64,000 bases of DNA from IMG/VR virus record IMGVR_UViG_2671180868_000001, positions 2,117 to 66,116 of that record. One strand, given 5' to 3'. The position numbers and the translations under genes were made by a program. The notes under the pieces are model-generated. The model did not search any database. It saw only the letters and a program-made list of their open reading frames with translations, and had not been told where the DNA came from. Source of the DNA: a virus. Taxonomy: Duplodnaviria; Caudoviricetes. Shown here in pieces: positions 38,317 to 48,730 of this stretch. Position 1 is the first letter of the stretch. Each line of letters starts with the position of its first letter.

Positions 38317-38969
38317 TGATCACCATTGCCGAGATTATTGGGCGGGTTAACACCCAGCTCAAAGATACTGCATGGCTACGCTGGCCGTTGGCGGAGCTAT
38401 GTGATTATTACAATGATGCTGTCCGGGCAGTCATTCTGGCGCGGCCAGATGCGGGAGCCACGACTGAAGTGATGGCCACTGAAGTTGGGACTAAACAGAC
38501 GTTGCCGGAGGGCGCGATCCGCTTAATTGAAATGATTCGTTTAGTAGACGGCAGGGCGTTAAGGCCGGTACCGCGCGATGTGCTGGATAGCCAATATCCT
38601 GACTGGCATCAAATGACGGGCTCAGTCGAGCGTTACACCTATAACGAATTAACTCCCAAAGTGTATTACCTCTTTCCGGGCGCTGCTCAGCCTACGGATA
38701 TCGAGGCGGTCGTTGCCAGAGTTCCGGTAGCCGTCGCTATCAATGATCTAGAAGATAAAACGCCGGTACCGATTGATGAGCTCTATGTGAATCCGTTGGT
38801 AGATTGGATGTTGTATCGTTCATTTAGTAAAGATGGTGACGCGGGGGCCAATCTCAATTTAGCTATGCAGCATTACCAGGCATTCAGCGACCAGTTGGGG
38901 GTTAAACAGAATTCTGAGAGTTTCGCCCAGCAATTGAAAGAAGCGCAGTATCAGGGAGGTGGACAGTGA
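38316..38969 (+). CDS. Tail adaptor (DUF6682-like)
   Basis: RWPLAELCDYYNDA...LYRSFSKD. Confidence 0.7.
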   Translation: MITIAEIIGRVNTQLKDTAWLRWPLAELCDYYNDAVRAVILARPDAGATTEVMATEVGTKQTLPEGAIRLIEMIRLVDGRALRPVPRDVLDSQYPDWHQMTGSVERYTYNELTPKVYYLFPGAAQPTDIEAVVARVPVAVAINDLEDKTPVPIDELYVNPLVDWMLYRSFSKDGDAGANLNLAMQHYQAFSDQLGVKQNSESFAQQLKEAQYQGGGQ

Positions 38970-40420
38970 GCGTAACAGTTTCCGGCATTATGATTAATCC
39001 GGTCGGTGAGCCGGTAATCAATGCACAAATCACCCTCACTGCGGTTGCTAATAGCCTCACTGTCCTAAATGCCTTTTCAGCCACGGTAAGAACAGACAGT
39101 ACCGGCGCATACGCCATCCAGTTGGAGGAAGGTAGCTACGCGATCACGGTGGCGGCGAATGGTCGCAGTTTCGTCTATGGTGCGGTCACACTGGATAACA
39201 CAACTGGCCCCAGTACACTTAATCAGTTGCTAAAGCAGCAGATTATGGAGTCTGAACTAACACCTGATGTGATCCTGTACTTCCGACAGATTCAACAGCA
39301 GATGGCCAATGCTCTGGCAACGATAAGAACATTAGAAATCCGGGCAACGAACGCAGAAGAAAATGCACTAGCTTACCGTAATGAAGTGCAGTTAGCGGTC
39401 AAGGATCTGGGTGCAGCCAAAGCGTTAGTAGCAAGAGCTCACGAGTTAGCGGTAAGCGCTGATAACTTCTGGAATGAAGCCCAACGGGCTGCAAGTGACC
39501 TATCCCAGGCATGGGCTGACGCGAAAATAGATGCAGCTCACGCGGAGGCGGCATGTGAAGTCAGTAAACAGGTAAAAATCACAGTAGTCGATACTGCCAA
39601 ATTAGTGGTTCAGCAGCATAGTGAGATAACACAAGCTGCCAGAGCAGCCGCTGCTTCTCAGCACGAAGCTAATAAAAGTAAAACCCAAGCCAAAGCTAGC
39701 GAAGAGGCGGCACTACTGTCAGCAGAAAACACCCTGGCTTACCGTAATGAAGCACAGTTAGCGGTCAAGGATCTGGGTACAGCCAAAGCGTTAGTAGCAA
39801 GAGCTCGCGAGTCAGCGATGAGCGCCGATAACTTCTGGAATGAAGTCCAACGGGCTGTAAAAGACGCGAGCAGGGATGCGGATCGTGCCGAAGAGGTCAA
39901 AATATTTGTAGACAATACTGCCCAATTAGTGGCTCAGCAGCATAGTGAGATAGTACGGGCTGCCAGCACCGTACAGGACAGTAAAACTCAAGCCAAAGCC
40001 AGCGAAGAGGCGGCACTACTGTCAGCAGAAAACACCCTGGCTTACCGTAATGAAGCACAGTTAGCGGTCAAGGATCTGGGTACAGCCAAAGCGTTAGTAG
40101 CAAGAGCTATCGAGTCAGCGACGAATGCCGATAACTACTGTTATGAAGCGAAACAGGCTGCAAGTGACCTATCCCAGGCATTGGCTGACGCGAAAATGGA
40201 TGCAGCTCACGCGGAGGGATGGGCCAGAGCAGCCGCTGATTCTCAGCACGAAGCTAATAAAAGTAAAACCCAAGCCAAAGCTAGCGAAGAGGCGGCACTA
40301 CTGTCAGCAGAAAATGCATCTGATTATTGTGATAGCGCATGGGCTTACCGTAATGAGGCGCAGTCAGCAGTTGCAACTATCCAGCAGATTGCAGAAAAAA
40401 TAGATAAAACAGGTATCTAA
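38966..40420 (+). CDS. Tail fibre with N-terminal attachment domain and Ala-rich repeats; no evident tip domain
   Basis: MSVTVSGIMINPVGEP...STLN N-terminal domain; repeat anchors at 39371, 39737, 40040, 40343. Confidence 0.8.
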   Translation: MSVTVSGIMINPVGEPVINAQITLTAVANSLTVLNAFSATVRTDSTGAYAIQLEEGSYAITVAANGRSFVYGAVTLDNTTGPSTLNQLLKQQIMESELTPDVILYFRQIQQQMANALATIRTLEIRATNAEENALAYRNEVQLAVKDLGAAKALVARAHELAVSADNFWNEAQRAASDLSQAWADAKIDAAHAEAACEVSKQVKITVVDTAKLVVQQHSEITQAARAAAASQHEANKSKTQAKASEEAALLSAENTLAYRNEAQLAVKDLGTAKALVARARESAMSADNFWNEVQRAVKDASRDADRAEEVKIFVDNTAQLVAQQHSEIVRAASTVQDSKTQAKASEEAALLSAENTLAYRNEAQLAVKDLGTAKALVARAIESATNADNYCYEAKQAASDLSQALADAKMDAAHAEGWARAAADSQHEANKSKTQAKASEEAALLSAENASDYCDSAWAYRNEAQSAVATIQQIAEKIDKTGI

Positions 40421-40662
40421 TGTGTCATTGTTTTCGCGTTATGTATCATTTTTGAGAACTTGATGATTTTGAGAGTAATCATGCATCAGAAATTTAAATT
40501 TTGTGATTATCAAGTGACAGTCGATGCTATCGAAGAGAAAACAAGCCCCAAATTAAATATCTGGTCAGACTTGCCTGATGACGTTACAAATACGATTAAG
40601 TCTCAGAAGGGAACCTTGGCCAAGGAAATGGGATGTGAATAGGCCGGTGTACATAATACCTG

Positions 40663-40733
40663 TTGAAGAGTGCTAATTCACACGCTAAATAACCCAAAGA
40701 TGCCAAGCCTCACTTTTAAGTGGGGCTTTTTTT
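40663..40733 (+). promoter_or_regulatory. pR'-like late promoter 3 with terminator
   Basis: TTGAAG-17-TAAATA-4-AAAGATGC; AAGCCTCAC...GTGGGGC-T7. Confidence 0.7.
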
Positions 40734-40756
40734 ATGCCTTCCGGAAACCTCTCACT

Positions 40757-42385
40757 ATGTCAGCTATCGATATCACCACCATGCGCGGCGAAATGCCTCG
40801 GGCGGTTCCACATCTATTGCCTGAGCAAGCGGCCACTGTAGCTAAAAATTGTCATTTTCGTCACGGAGTTATTACACCGATCATGGCTGATGTGGATGGT
40901 GTGAAAACCTTTAGCCTCAAACCAACAACTATTTTTCGGTACCGCGATGATTACTGGTTTGCATGGTCCGATATTGTTGACGCTATTCGCAGTCCTGTGG
41001 CGCAGGATAAATATGAGCGGGTATATTTCACTGATGGCAAATATCCCAAGGTCACCAGCAATGAAATAGCGACTCAAGGAAAGGGTAATTTCCCAGCGGT
41101 GAGTTTTCGGCTGGGCATTCCAGCTCCAGTTAATCCTATTGAGGTCACTGCAATTACGCCGCCAGCTGATCATGGTGATGATGATCCAACCGATGACGAT
41201 ACCCGTTTTTATGTTGAAACCTATGTCACGGGCTATGGGGAAGAGGGGCCGCCGGGGCCAGTTTCGCAGGAAGTGACCATTGTGTACCCCGGCAGTAGCG
41301 TAGACCTCGCCCTGCAACCACCTGGCAGCCAGAATTCAAATATCACCCGCCGCCGCATTTATCGCTCTGCATCTGGCGGTGGGGTTGCTGATTATCTACT
41401 GTTGGTCGAGTTGGACGTTGGTGTGCTTGTGTATCAGGACACTTTGCTTGATAAAGAACTTGGGCCGGTATTGGAAACCGAAAACTTCCTGATGCCGCCA
41501 GATGAAATGATTGGTTTGTGTCTGATGGCAAACGGTATAGCCGCAGGTTTTGCTGGTAACCAAGTCATGTTCTCTGAGGCGTTTCTCCCCTATGCCTGGC
41601 CGGAAAATTACAAGCAAAGCACCGAGCACGATATTGTGGCTATTGCCCCTATCGGTGCTGGTCTGGTGGTCGGTACAAAAGGGCGGCCCTATCTGTTTAG
41701 TGGGATCACTCCATCCAATATTACCAACGCCAAGTTACCGGTGATGCAAGCCTGTGTCAGCCGCCGCAGCATGGTGAGTATGGACAGCTTTGCGTTATAC
41801 GCCTCGCCCAATGGATTGGTATCGGTTGATGGTGCTGGCAATGCATTAGTTGCCACTGAGCAGATTATCGAGCCGCGCCAGTGGCGTAAAAACTTCAACC
41901 CGGAAAGCATCAAAGCATGGCAGGTAGAAGGTGAATATCTGGCGATTTACCAGACGGCGAAAGGAACCAGCGCCGGATTTATTTTCGATCCACAAGCGAT
42001 GGATATCCGTCACCTGACCACCGTTTTTGATACGGCCTTTAACGATCTGGAGTCGGATACGCTCTATACCATTAAAGGCGACAAACTAACTATCTCGCAA
42101 GTGAGTACCACACCTTTACCTATTACGTGGCGTAGCAAGCCGTTTCTCGCCCCACCGGGTACATCGTTTTCATGTCTGCGGATTATGAGCGAGAGTGCAA
42201 TACGCGTGGGCGTCAATTTGATTGTTGATGGTTCACCGGTCTTGTCTTTGCCTCCGGGAACCTTAATTGATGGGCTCCTGAAACTGCCTCCAATCACTGG
42301 CCGTAAATGGATCATTGAGGTCTGGGGCTACGCGCAAGTTGACCGTATCACTCTGAGTACATCAATGGCGGAGATGCCAGCATGA
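40757..42385 (+). CDS. Tail nozzle/tube protein
   Basis: GEMPRAVPHLLP, GEEGPP, FSEAFLPYAWP; 933W synteny. Confidence 0.75.
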   Translation: MSAIDITTMRGEMPRAVPHLLPEQAATVAKNCHFRHGVITPIMADVDGVKTFSLKPTTIFRYRDDYWFAWSDIVDAIRSPVAQDKYERVYFTDGKYPKVTSNEIATQGKGNFPAVSFRLGIPAPVNPIEVTAITPPADHGDDDPTDDDTRFYVETYVTGYGEEGPPGPVSQEVTIVYPGSSVDLALQPPGSQNSNITRRRIYRSASGGGVADYLLLVELDVGVLVYQDTLLDKELGPVLETENFLMPPDEMIGLCLMANGIAAGFAGNQVMFSEAFLPYAWPENYKQSTEHDIVAIAPIGAGLVVGTKGRPYLFSGITPSNITNAKLPVMQACVSRRSMVSMDSFALYASPNGLVSVDGAGNALVATEQIIEPRQWRKNFNPESIKAWQVEGEYLAIYQTAKGTSAGFIFDPQAMDIRHLTTVFDTAFNDLESDTLYTIKGDKLTISQVSTTPLPITWRSKPFLAPPGTSFSCLRIMSESAIRVGVNLIVDGSPVLSLPPGTLIDGLLKLPPITGRKWIIEVWGYAQVDRITLSTSMAEMPA

Positions 42386-43488
42386 CCAAAGGTTTTCGCG
42401 CAGGTCGTGATGCGGCTGCTCTCTCGGAAAATATAGAGGTGTTGACCGGTCAGCGTGGGGACGGTCGTCATCGTGCCGTCACTTATGCCGAGTTGGCTGA
42501 TTTGGATTTAGCCAAGTTACGTGCAGGGGCGGGCGGTAAATTACAGCTCAAACCTCATCCCAATGATAATACTGGCCCAGCCCCCTCTTTTCCCACTCAA
42601 CCACGAAACTTTAAAGCCAACGGCGGTTTTGGCGCGGTACTGCTGGAATGGGAGATGCCGAATTACCGTGGGCATTCGCTGACGGAAATCTATCGCAGCA
42701 CTGAAGATAACCTGGCTAATGCGGTGATGGTAGCCAGCTCGGCGGCGGCGGTTTATGGCGACCCGGTTGATCCGGGTTGGCAAGGTTATTACTGGATCCG
42801 CTTTATTAACTCCGCAGGTGTGGCGGGGCCATTTAATGCCAGTGAGGGAACTCCGGCCAAAACCGCTGCTGATATTGATGAAATCATTGACCTGATTAAT
42901 AAGGAAATTAATGAATCGCCATTAATCGGTGAACTCGCCAATAGCGTCAATGAGCTTGACCAGAATGGCGGCCAGGCATTTCAGAAAATGTGGAGCACCA
43001 AAGTTGATGCCAGCGGCATCACCGCCGGGATCGGGATTGTCGCTGGCAGGGATGCTGAGGGCAAACCCATTGCTCAGGTCGCCATATCGGCCAGTCAGTT
43101 TTTTGTCTTTGACCCAAACAATCCTACTGATAGCGGTTCTTATGCTATTCCGTTTTCTATTTCTGACGGGCGAGTAGTTATTGATGAAGCTGCTATCCGT
43201 GAAGCCACCATCAAAATTCTGAATGCTCAAACCATTATCGCTGATGAAGTTAAAGCGGGGATCAGCATTTCAACGCCCACGCTTAATAGTGCCACGATAA
43301 ATAACGGTAAGTTCACAGTTGATGCCGCCGGTAATCTGAAGATTGGCGACCTATTCAGTGTTTCAAATACGGGAAGAATCACTATTAGACAAGGTGCGGG
43401 CAGCATCGGCCTGGTTATCACTAACGAAAGAATAGAGGTATACAATGAAAATGGTGCGCTTATGGTTCGTCTTGGCAAGCTTAATTAG
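42382..43488 (+). CDS. Tail tip/spike protein (FN3 plus DUF1983-like)
   Basis: EIYRS...YYWIRFIN; AGIGI...ISASQF...VVIDEAAIREATI. Confidence 0.75.
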   Translation: MTKGFRAGRDAAALSENIEVLTGQRGDGRHRAVTYAELADLDLAKLRAGAGGKLQLKPHPNDNTGPAPSFPTQPRNFKANGGFGAVLLEWEMPNYRGHSLTEIYRSTEDNLANAVMVASSAAAVYGDPVDPGWQGYYWIRFINSAGVAGPFNASEGTPAKTAADIDEIIDLINKEINESPLIGELANSVNELDQNGGQAFQKMWSTKVDASGITAGIGIVAGRDAEGKPIAQVAISASQFFVFDPNNPTDSGSYAIPFSISDGRVVIDEAAIREATIKILNAQTIIADEVKAGISISTPTLNSATINNGKFTVDAAGNLKIGDLFSVSNTGRITIRQGAGSIGLVITNERIEVYNENGALMVRLGKLN

Positions 43489-43554
43489 TTTAACAGCGTG
43501 TATGTCCGTGGGTAAGAATCCTCCACCTGAGTTTAATTTTAATGGTGTCTGGCA

Positions 43555-44553
43555 GTGTCGCGTTACGGTTTAGAAATATTCCGGCCGGATGGCACATCGG
43601 TGGTGATGGATAACAAAACCACAGTGACTAAAATTGCCGGTATGGGCAGTAAGGGGCTCACATATGGTGAGTGGTATACAGGGATAGTTATTCCGCCGGA
43701 CTATGATTATTTTCTATGGATGTCCTCATATGCATGGATTAACTACAGTGTCAGTGGTAGTCAATGGGTGCCGGGTGGGTTTGCCTATAACCAACCTTAT
43801 TTAGATGCCAATCGTGTTCTACGGGTTAATTCAGTTAATTATAGTGGTGCAATTCCTGCTTCATATTATGGTGCTTATATTTGGCCTAGCTCAGGTACAC
43901 TCAGTGGTTATGGTATCCAATTTATGGGTGTTAATAACTTCACGGGTATTAGCAATATTAGCCAATTCACTTGCCTGTTATTTAAAGGCGAGGTGGATAT
44001 CTATGACGGTTGGCTTCCCAGTTATATTAATCCGGCCTTCGCGGCGGATCAGGTGATGTGTTATTTCTACACCGAAGATACCAGCAAAACCATTTGTATG
44101 TCGCCTGATCCCACTGACCGCCGATATCGCGTTTTTTATATCAATGGTGGCGGCGGCGCGACCATTAGAGCTAAGGTTTGTATTTTTGGTAATGGTGCGT
44201 TGAATCGAAGCAAATATGGCTTGGAAATCTATTCGAAACAAAATGGCTCAGTGGTTTATAACTCGGGCTACGATATTCTGGCCCGCCCTAAATTGATTCC
44301 TTTAACCGGTGCGGCCTTAGGCTCAATGCGGAGTGTTGAGGGGATCGCCAGACCAATGTATGCGCCGTGCAATATTGGTGCGATGTACAGTTACCCGTGG
44401 CAGGTTTATGTCTGGGTGAACAGCAATGGCACGCAAATTGGCCCTGCTTGGGGATGGGCCAGAAATCAACCGGCATCCCATGGCCCATTAACCTATTACG
44501 TTTCAAGTATTCCTATTATGGTGCTGGATGCTGCAAACTACTTTCACTTCTAA
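43555..44553 (+). CDS. Tail protein with duplicated YGLEI modules
   Basis: YGLEIFRPDG and YGLEIYSKQNG repeats; aromatic-rich. Confidence 0.7.
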   Translation: MSRYGLEIFRPDGTSVVMDNKTTVTKIAGMGSKGLTYGEWYTGIVIPPDYDYFLWMSSYAWINYSVSGSQWVPGGFAYNQPYLDANRVLRVNSVNYSGAIPASYYGAYIWPSSGTLSGYGIQFMGVNNFTGISNISQFTCLLFKGEVDIYDGWLPSYINPAFAADQVMCYFYTEDTSKTICMSPDPTDRRYRVFYINGGGGATIRAKVCIFGNGALNRSKYGLEIYSKQNGSVVYNSGYDILARPKLIPLTGAALGSMRSVEGIARPMYAPCNIGAMYSYPWQVYVWVNSNGTQIGPAWGWARNQPASHGPLTYYVSSIPIMVLDAANYFHF

Positions 44554-44902
44554 ACTGGCACGAATAGCCAGAGATGCTGGGGATCCGGAACTTCTCATTC
44601 ATGTCCAAGACACCTGCCGTAACAAGCAGGCGTTTTGCTTTTCAGCGGACGATGCAGTGATAGTCCTGCGCCCGCGAATGAAAGAAGGCATTCCTTATGT
44701 GGTGGTTTGGCTGGGTATCAGTAGCGGGCCGCAAGGTTTGGTTAAGTACACGCCGGAGGTTCAGCAACTGACTCGCATGATAGGTGGGCGTTGGGCGGAG
44801 TTTTATACTGCACGTAAAGGTTTCATCCGCATTGCGCGACAACTCGGTTTCGAGCGTTTGGCGAATGAAGATGGACTGATGAAATTCAAAATACCGGTAT
44901 GA
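44528..44902 (+). CDS. Hypothetical virion assembly protein (GNAT-like)
   Basis: Ends FYTARKGFIRIARQLGF; start uncertain. Confidence 0.6.
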   Translation: MLQTTFTSKLARIARDAGDPELLIHVQDTCRNKQAFCFSADDAVIVLRPRMKEGIPYVVVWLGISSGPQGLVKYTPEVQQLTRMIGGRWAEFYTARKGFIRIARQLGFERLANEDGLMKFKIPV

Positions 44903-44909
44903 GGTCATT

Positions 44910-45545
44910 ATGGGCAAAGGTGGCGGTAGCACCGAGGTTAAAGAAACCTCTCAGGAACTGGCAGCGGCTGAAATTGCCGGTAAACAATGGGCGCTGTACC
45001 AGAACGAACTTAAGCCAATGGAAAATCTGTTTATTAGCAAAGTAGACAGTATGAATAACGAGTCGAAATATGACGATGCCGCCGGGACCGTCAACTTAGG
45101 TTATCAACAGGAGTTTGGTAAGGCACGCCAACAGGCGGCTACTGAATTGGCTGCGAGTGGTGTTGATCCGAGTAGCGGTAAATTTCAGGGAACACTACAA
45201 ACATTGCAAAGTGATCAGGTGGCCGGGCAAATCGACACCACCAACCGGGCGCAAACCTCACAACAGGATAAATATGTCGCCGGGTTACAGGATGTTGTCG
45301 CTATGGGTTCAGGGCAAAAAGCGGATGCACTGTCTGGTTATAGCAACATTGCCAGCCAGAGTTTGAGTAAAGCAACCAGCGATGCACAGAAATCACTTAG
45401 TGACCGGCAGGCAGTAGGGCAATTAGTTGGTGCTGCTGGTGGTATGGCCGCTCGTAATTATGGGGTCAAGGATGTTAGCAGCAAATCGACTTATGGTCTC
45501 AAAGACGTGAGTAGTAAATCCACTGGCATCTTTGGCGGCAGCTAA
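44910..45545 (+). CDS. Internal virion/ejection protein
   Basis: MGKGGGS start, GVDPSSG; 11-aa tandem duplication near the C-terminus. Confidence 0.7.
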   Translation: MGKGGGSTEVKETSQELAAAEIAGKQWALYQNELKPMENLFISKVDSMNNESKYDDAAGTVNLGYQQEFGKARQQAATELAASGVDPSSGKFQGTLQTLQSDQVAGQIDTTNRAQTSQQDKYVAGLQDVVAMGSGQKADALSGYSNIASQSLSKATSDAQKSLSDRQAVGQLVGAAGGMAARNYGVKDVSSKSTYGLKDVSSKSTGIFGGS

Positions 45546-45560
45546 TGATAGGAGGTAGTT

Positions 45561-45944
45561 ATGGGACAAGCATCTGATACCTATGCCAATCTTATTCGTG
45601 ATCAGTATAACGATTGGCTCACTCGTTTTTATCCAAAGCAAAAAGAGCTGATGGGTTTGGCTACCAGCGGCGAACTAATGAATCAGCAATTAACCCGCGT
45701 CAGTGATAGTTCTGCTAACAGTTTGCGTTCTGCTCAGTTGGGTACTCAAAATCAGTTGGCGCGTTATGGCACTACTCAGACGGCAAACCCGAACGATAAC
45801 AGTTTAGGCTTGCGCTCAGCACTGGCCACTGCCGGGGCGAAGAATGGTATCCGGGAAGCTGAGCAAGATCGGCAGATGAATATTTTAACCGGTGGCAGTG
45901 CAAGTCTACGCGAGCAAATGAGTATTGGCGGGGGGAGTAACTAA
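45561..45944 (+). CDS. Internal virion protein
   Basis: Strong AGGAGG SD; synteny. Confidence 0.7.
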   Translation: MGQASDTYANLIRDQYNDWLTRFYPKQKELMGLATSGELMNQQLTRVSDSSANSLRSAQLGTQNQLARYGTTQTANPNDNSLGLRSALATAGAKNGIREAEQDRQMNILTGGSASLREQMSIGGGSN

Positions 45945-46204
45945 TGGGATACGGACTGATTGATGTTGCACGGGATACTCGGCAGCAGGCCATGCAAGGG
46001 CTAGGTGATGCTTCTAACCGTGAGATACAGCGCAAATCTGCCAATGAGCAGCTCAAATCCCAACAGAAACAGAGCCAAATGAGCATGATTGGCGTGGGGG
46101 CCGGTACTGGCATGGCGGTGGGTGCCACCTATGGCGCTGCGGGTGGGCCGATTGGTGCAGGCATTGGTGCCGCAGTAGGTTTGCTGGCCAGTAGTTTCTT
46201 CTAA
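45944..46204 (+). CDS. Glycine-zipper ejection protein
   Basis: GAAGGPIGAGIGAAVG. Confidence 0.7.
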   Translation: MGYGLIDVARDTRQQAMQGLGDASNREIQRKSANEQLKSQQKQSQMSMIGVGAGTGMAVGATYGAAGGPIGAGIGAAVGLLASSFF

Positions 46205-46216
46205 AGGATCATTATT

Positions 46217-47587
46217 ATGGGCGTACAGGGTTTAGCAGACGGCTTCTTGGCAGGCTTCAATACTGCGGATCAGGCTATCAGCCGTAACCGTGAACTGGGT
46301 TTGCGGGATGCGGCACAACAGCAACAGGTTAAGGACTCTGACCGTAACTATGGTCTGGCGCAGGATCAGGTTAACTGGCGCAAAGAGACTGATAATCGAG
46401 ATTACCAATATAAATCACAGCGAGATAGCGTGGGTGATGAGCAGTGGAATAAGAACTATGGCTTAGCACAAGCCAACCAGCGCACGGCAAATGCCAGTTT
46501 GGGCATGCGGGCGCAGGAACTCAATATGCGTAAGAACGAGTTTAATTTCCAACGTTCTCACGCTGAGCGGCAGCAGCGCATGCAAGAAGAAATGCCGGTT
46601 GTTCAGGCGCTGTATAAGCAAATTGAAACCACCGGTCAGGTTGACCCTCAATTGTATGGGCAAATTTCAAAGGATAATCCGCTTCACCCTTCGCGTTTCT
46701 TTGGTCAGGGAGCAATTGATAATGTGATGGAGATTAACCAGATTATGCCGAAGGTGCTTTCCGGGGAAATGAACTATAACGACCCGAAAGTATTAAAAAC
46801 GATGAATACTGCGCTGGCCCCCTATATTGAACGCAATATTGATGAAGTCGATCCAGAGTCAGGGAAGAAAATTAAGAGTAAAGAACTGGCCCATATTGGT
46901 ATCAGTGAAGATGGCAAGTTTGTAATTCCCGGTCTGAAAGTCACTTATAGTGATGGTTCAACCGCCAACAAACCTATGACTCAATTTGGTTCCGCTGATG
47001 TGAATGATAACCAGGTAGCGAAAATCCCTATCGATGAGTTTATGAATAAAGTCAGAGGTTACAGCCAGATGGTGGGTCAGCTTAACCAACCAGATAGAGC
47101 CAAGTTTATTGGCAGCATGGTTAATCCGCCAGATAAAGCTGCTATGCGCCAAGAACGCGAAGGCTATCGCAAAGAATTACTTGATATCGGTAAAGACGAA
47201 GCTAAACACTTGGCTATATTAAATAAAAACGCTACCTTGCTGGACGAGAAACAACTGGCAGCAGCAAGGGAGGATATTAAATCCAATACTGAAAAACGCC
47301 GCCGACTGGCTACCCAGCTTTATGGCAGCAGAGAGGCAGAACCTTCAGCCGAGGAACAGGCAGAATTACAGGCGTTTATCGAAGAGTACAGTCAGAACGC
47401 TGGAATATCGCCTGATATGAATAACCCACAAGATCAACAATTCTTTATGCAGTGGAAGCAGCGACGACAACAGCAAGGAAAGGAGACTGAGCAGGTTGCT
47501 ACGGTCAAACCGGTTCAGAGTGAACCCGCATCAGACAGTCGGACTGCACAGCAGTTGAGGGATATTTATAACCAAGTGGTGAAATAA
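46217..47587 (+). CDS. Internal virion/ejection protein
   Basis: GLADGFLAGF N-terminus; Q/R-rich helical body. Confidence 0.7.
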   Translation: MGVQGLADGFLAGFNTADQAISRNRELGLRDAAQQQQVKDSDRNYGLAQDQVNWRKETDNRDYQYKSQRDSVGDEQWNKNYGLAQANQRTANASLGMRAQELNMRKNEFNFQRSHAERQQRMQEEMPVVQALYKQIETTGQVDPQLYGQISKDNPLHPSRFFGQGAIDNVMEINQIMPKVLSGEMNYNDPKVLKTMNTALAPYIERNIDEVDPESGKKIKSKELAHIGISEDGKFVIPGLKVTYSDGSTANKPMTQFGSADVNDNQVAKIPIDEFMNKVRGYSQMVGQLNQPDRAKFIGSMVNPPDKAAMRQEREGYRKELLDIGKDEAKHLAILNKNATLLDEKQLAAAREDIKSNTEKRRRLATQLYGSREAEPSAEEQAELQAFIEEYSQNAGISPDMNNPQDQQFFMQWKQRRQQQGKETEQVATVKPVQSEPASDSRTAQQLRDIYNQVVK

Positions 47588-47809
47588 TATCTCTTCATCG
47601 ACAAAAACTTTGGTTTTGTGGCATTAAAATTCGTCGCTGCACCTGCCGTAATGAGCCCTATCAAGAAAAGATCACAGCCGATTTATTGGATGTCAAACTG
47701 GGGCGCTGGGAGCATCGTGAGCACGGTATACAACAATCAGTAAACGCATTAGTGACAGGCTACGTTCTGACACGGCTTCAGCGTTTTCTGAAACATGGAG
47801 AAATTACTA

Positions 47810-47983
47810 ATGGACTTAGGAAATGAAGATAAACTGGAGTGCATTATGGCACTTCTGGATTTATTAACCTGCTGCGATGAGAACACCAATATTCAAAGTG
47901 TAAATAATACGGCCCTATTAGCATTGTGTTTGATTAAAGATTTAAAACCAACGATATTACAGGATTACTCTGTGGCAGAGTAA
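47810..47983 (+). CDS. Small hypothetical protein
   Basis: GGAG SD before the ATG at 47810. Confidence 0.45.
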   Translation: MDLGNEDKLECIMALLDLLTCCDENTNIQSVNNTALLALCLIKDLKPTILQDYSVAE

Positions 47984-48041
47984 TGCTCACGTCTTTTAGT
48001 AAAACAGACGGGGTGGTAATAAAACACTCTGTTTGCTACGT

Positions 48042-48087
48042 GTTGCATGTAACACGAAAGTACCCTATATTATTCGTTACATGAAAC
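48042..48087. promoter_or_regulatory. TA operator palindromes
   Basis: GTTGCATGTAAC and GTTACATGAAAC upstream of the antitoxin. Confidence 0.6.
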
Positions 48088-48107
48088 AATGCCAGAGGGT
48101 TAAAATC

Positions 48108-48326
48108 ATGGCAAGTATCGCACAACGAGTCCAAAAACATCGTGACGAGCTTCGTAAGGCAGGGCTGAGGCCTGTGCAAATTTGGGTGCCTGATAGTCGG
48201 AACCCAAATTTTAAGGCTGAATGTCTGCGTCAGAGTCGGCTGGCTGCAAAAGGTAAAAGCGAAAGTATGGATAGCTTGATGGAGTCAGTATTAACTGATT
48301 TTATTGACTCAGGAGAATGGGAATAG
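48108..48326 (+). CDS. MazE-like antitoxin (DUF3018 type)
   Basis: RVQKHRDELRKAGLRPVQIWVPD. Confidence 0.88.
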   Translation: MASIAQRVQKHRDELRKAGLRPVQIWVPDSRNPNFKAECLRQSRLAAKGKSESMDSLMESVLTDFIDSGEWE

Positions 48327-48652
48327 TGAAACGAGGCGATTTAATCACTATCGCGTTACAGGGGGCTTATGGAAAACCTCGTCCGGCACTGGTGATTCAG
48401 TCTGACAATTTTGATGGACTGGACAGTGTGACCATTCTTCCCATTTCGTCCACGCTGGTTGATGCGCCATTATTCAGGGTGACAATCCAGGATGGACTTG
48501 AGGCAGGGCTGACAAAACCTTCACAAATCATGGTGGATAAAGCGATGACAGTATCGAAAGAAAAAACCGGTGCTGTGTTTGGTTCAGTGGGTTATACCAC
48601 GATGCAGGAAGTTGAACGTTGCCTGGCACTATTTTTGGGTATCGCAAAGTAA
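48326..48652 (+). CDS. PemK/MazF-family toxin
   Basis: KRGD...GKPRPALVIQSD...SQIMVDK. Confidence 0.92.
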   Translation: MKRGDLITIALQGAYGKPRPALVIQSDNFDGLDSVTILPISSTLVDAPLFRVTIQDGLEAGLTKPSQIMVDKAMTVSKEKTGAVFGSVGYTTMQEVERCLALFLGIAK

Positions 48653-48730
48653 GGATTAAAGTTTTTTAATTTTTTGTCGATGTCATGGTAACCACTTAAT
48701 AAGTGCGGATACTATTACAACGGAATCTAA

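Noticed and set aside
39371-40400. Tail fibre repeats as DGR template/variable regions or an invertible cassette
   Set aside because: No reverse transcriptase or invertase in the window; the repeats are direct and in frame
40460-40642. 60-aa ORF after the tail fibre
   Set aside because: Weak start and no similarity to fibre chaperones that I can recognise
47640-47826. HTH-like frame ADLLDVKLGRWEHREHG
   Set aside because: No in-frame start; at most a relic
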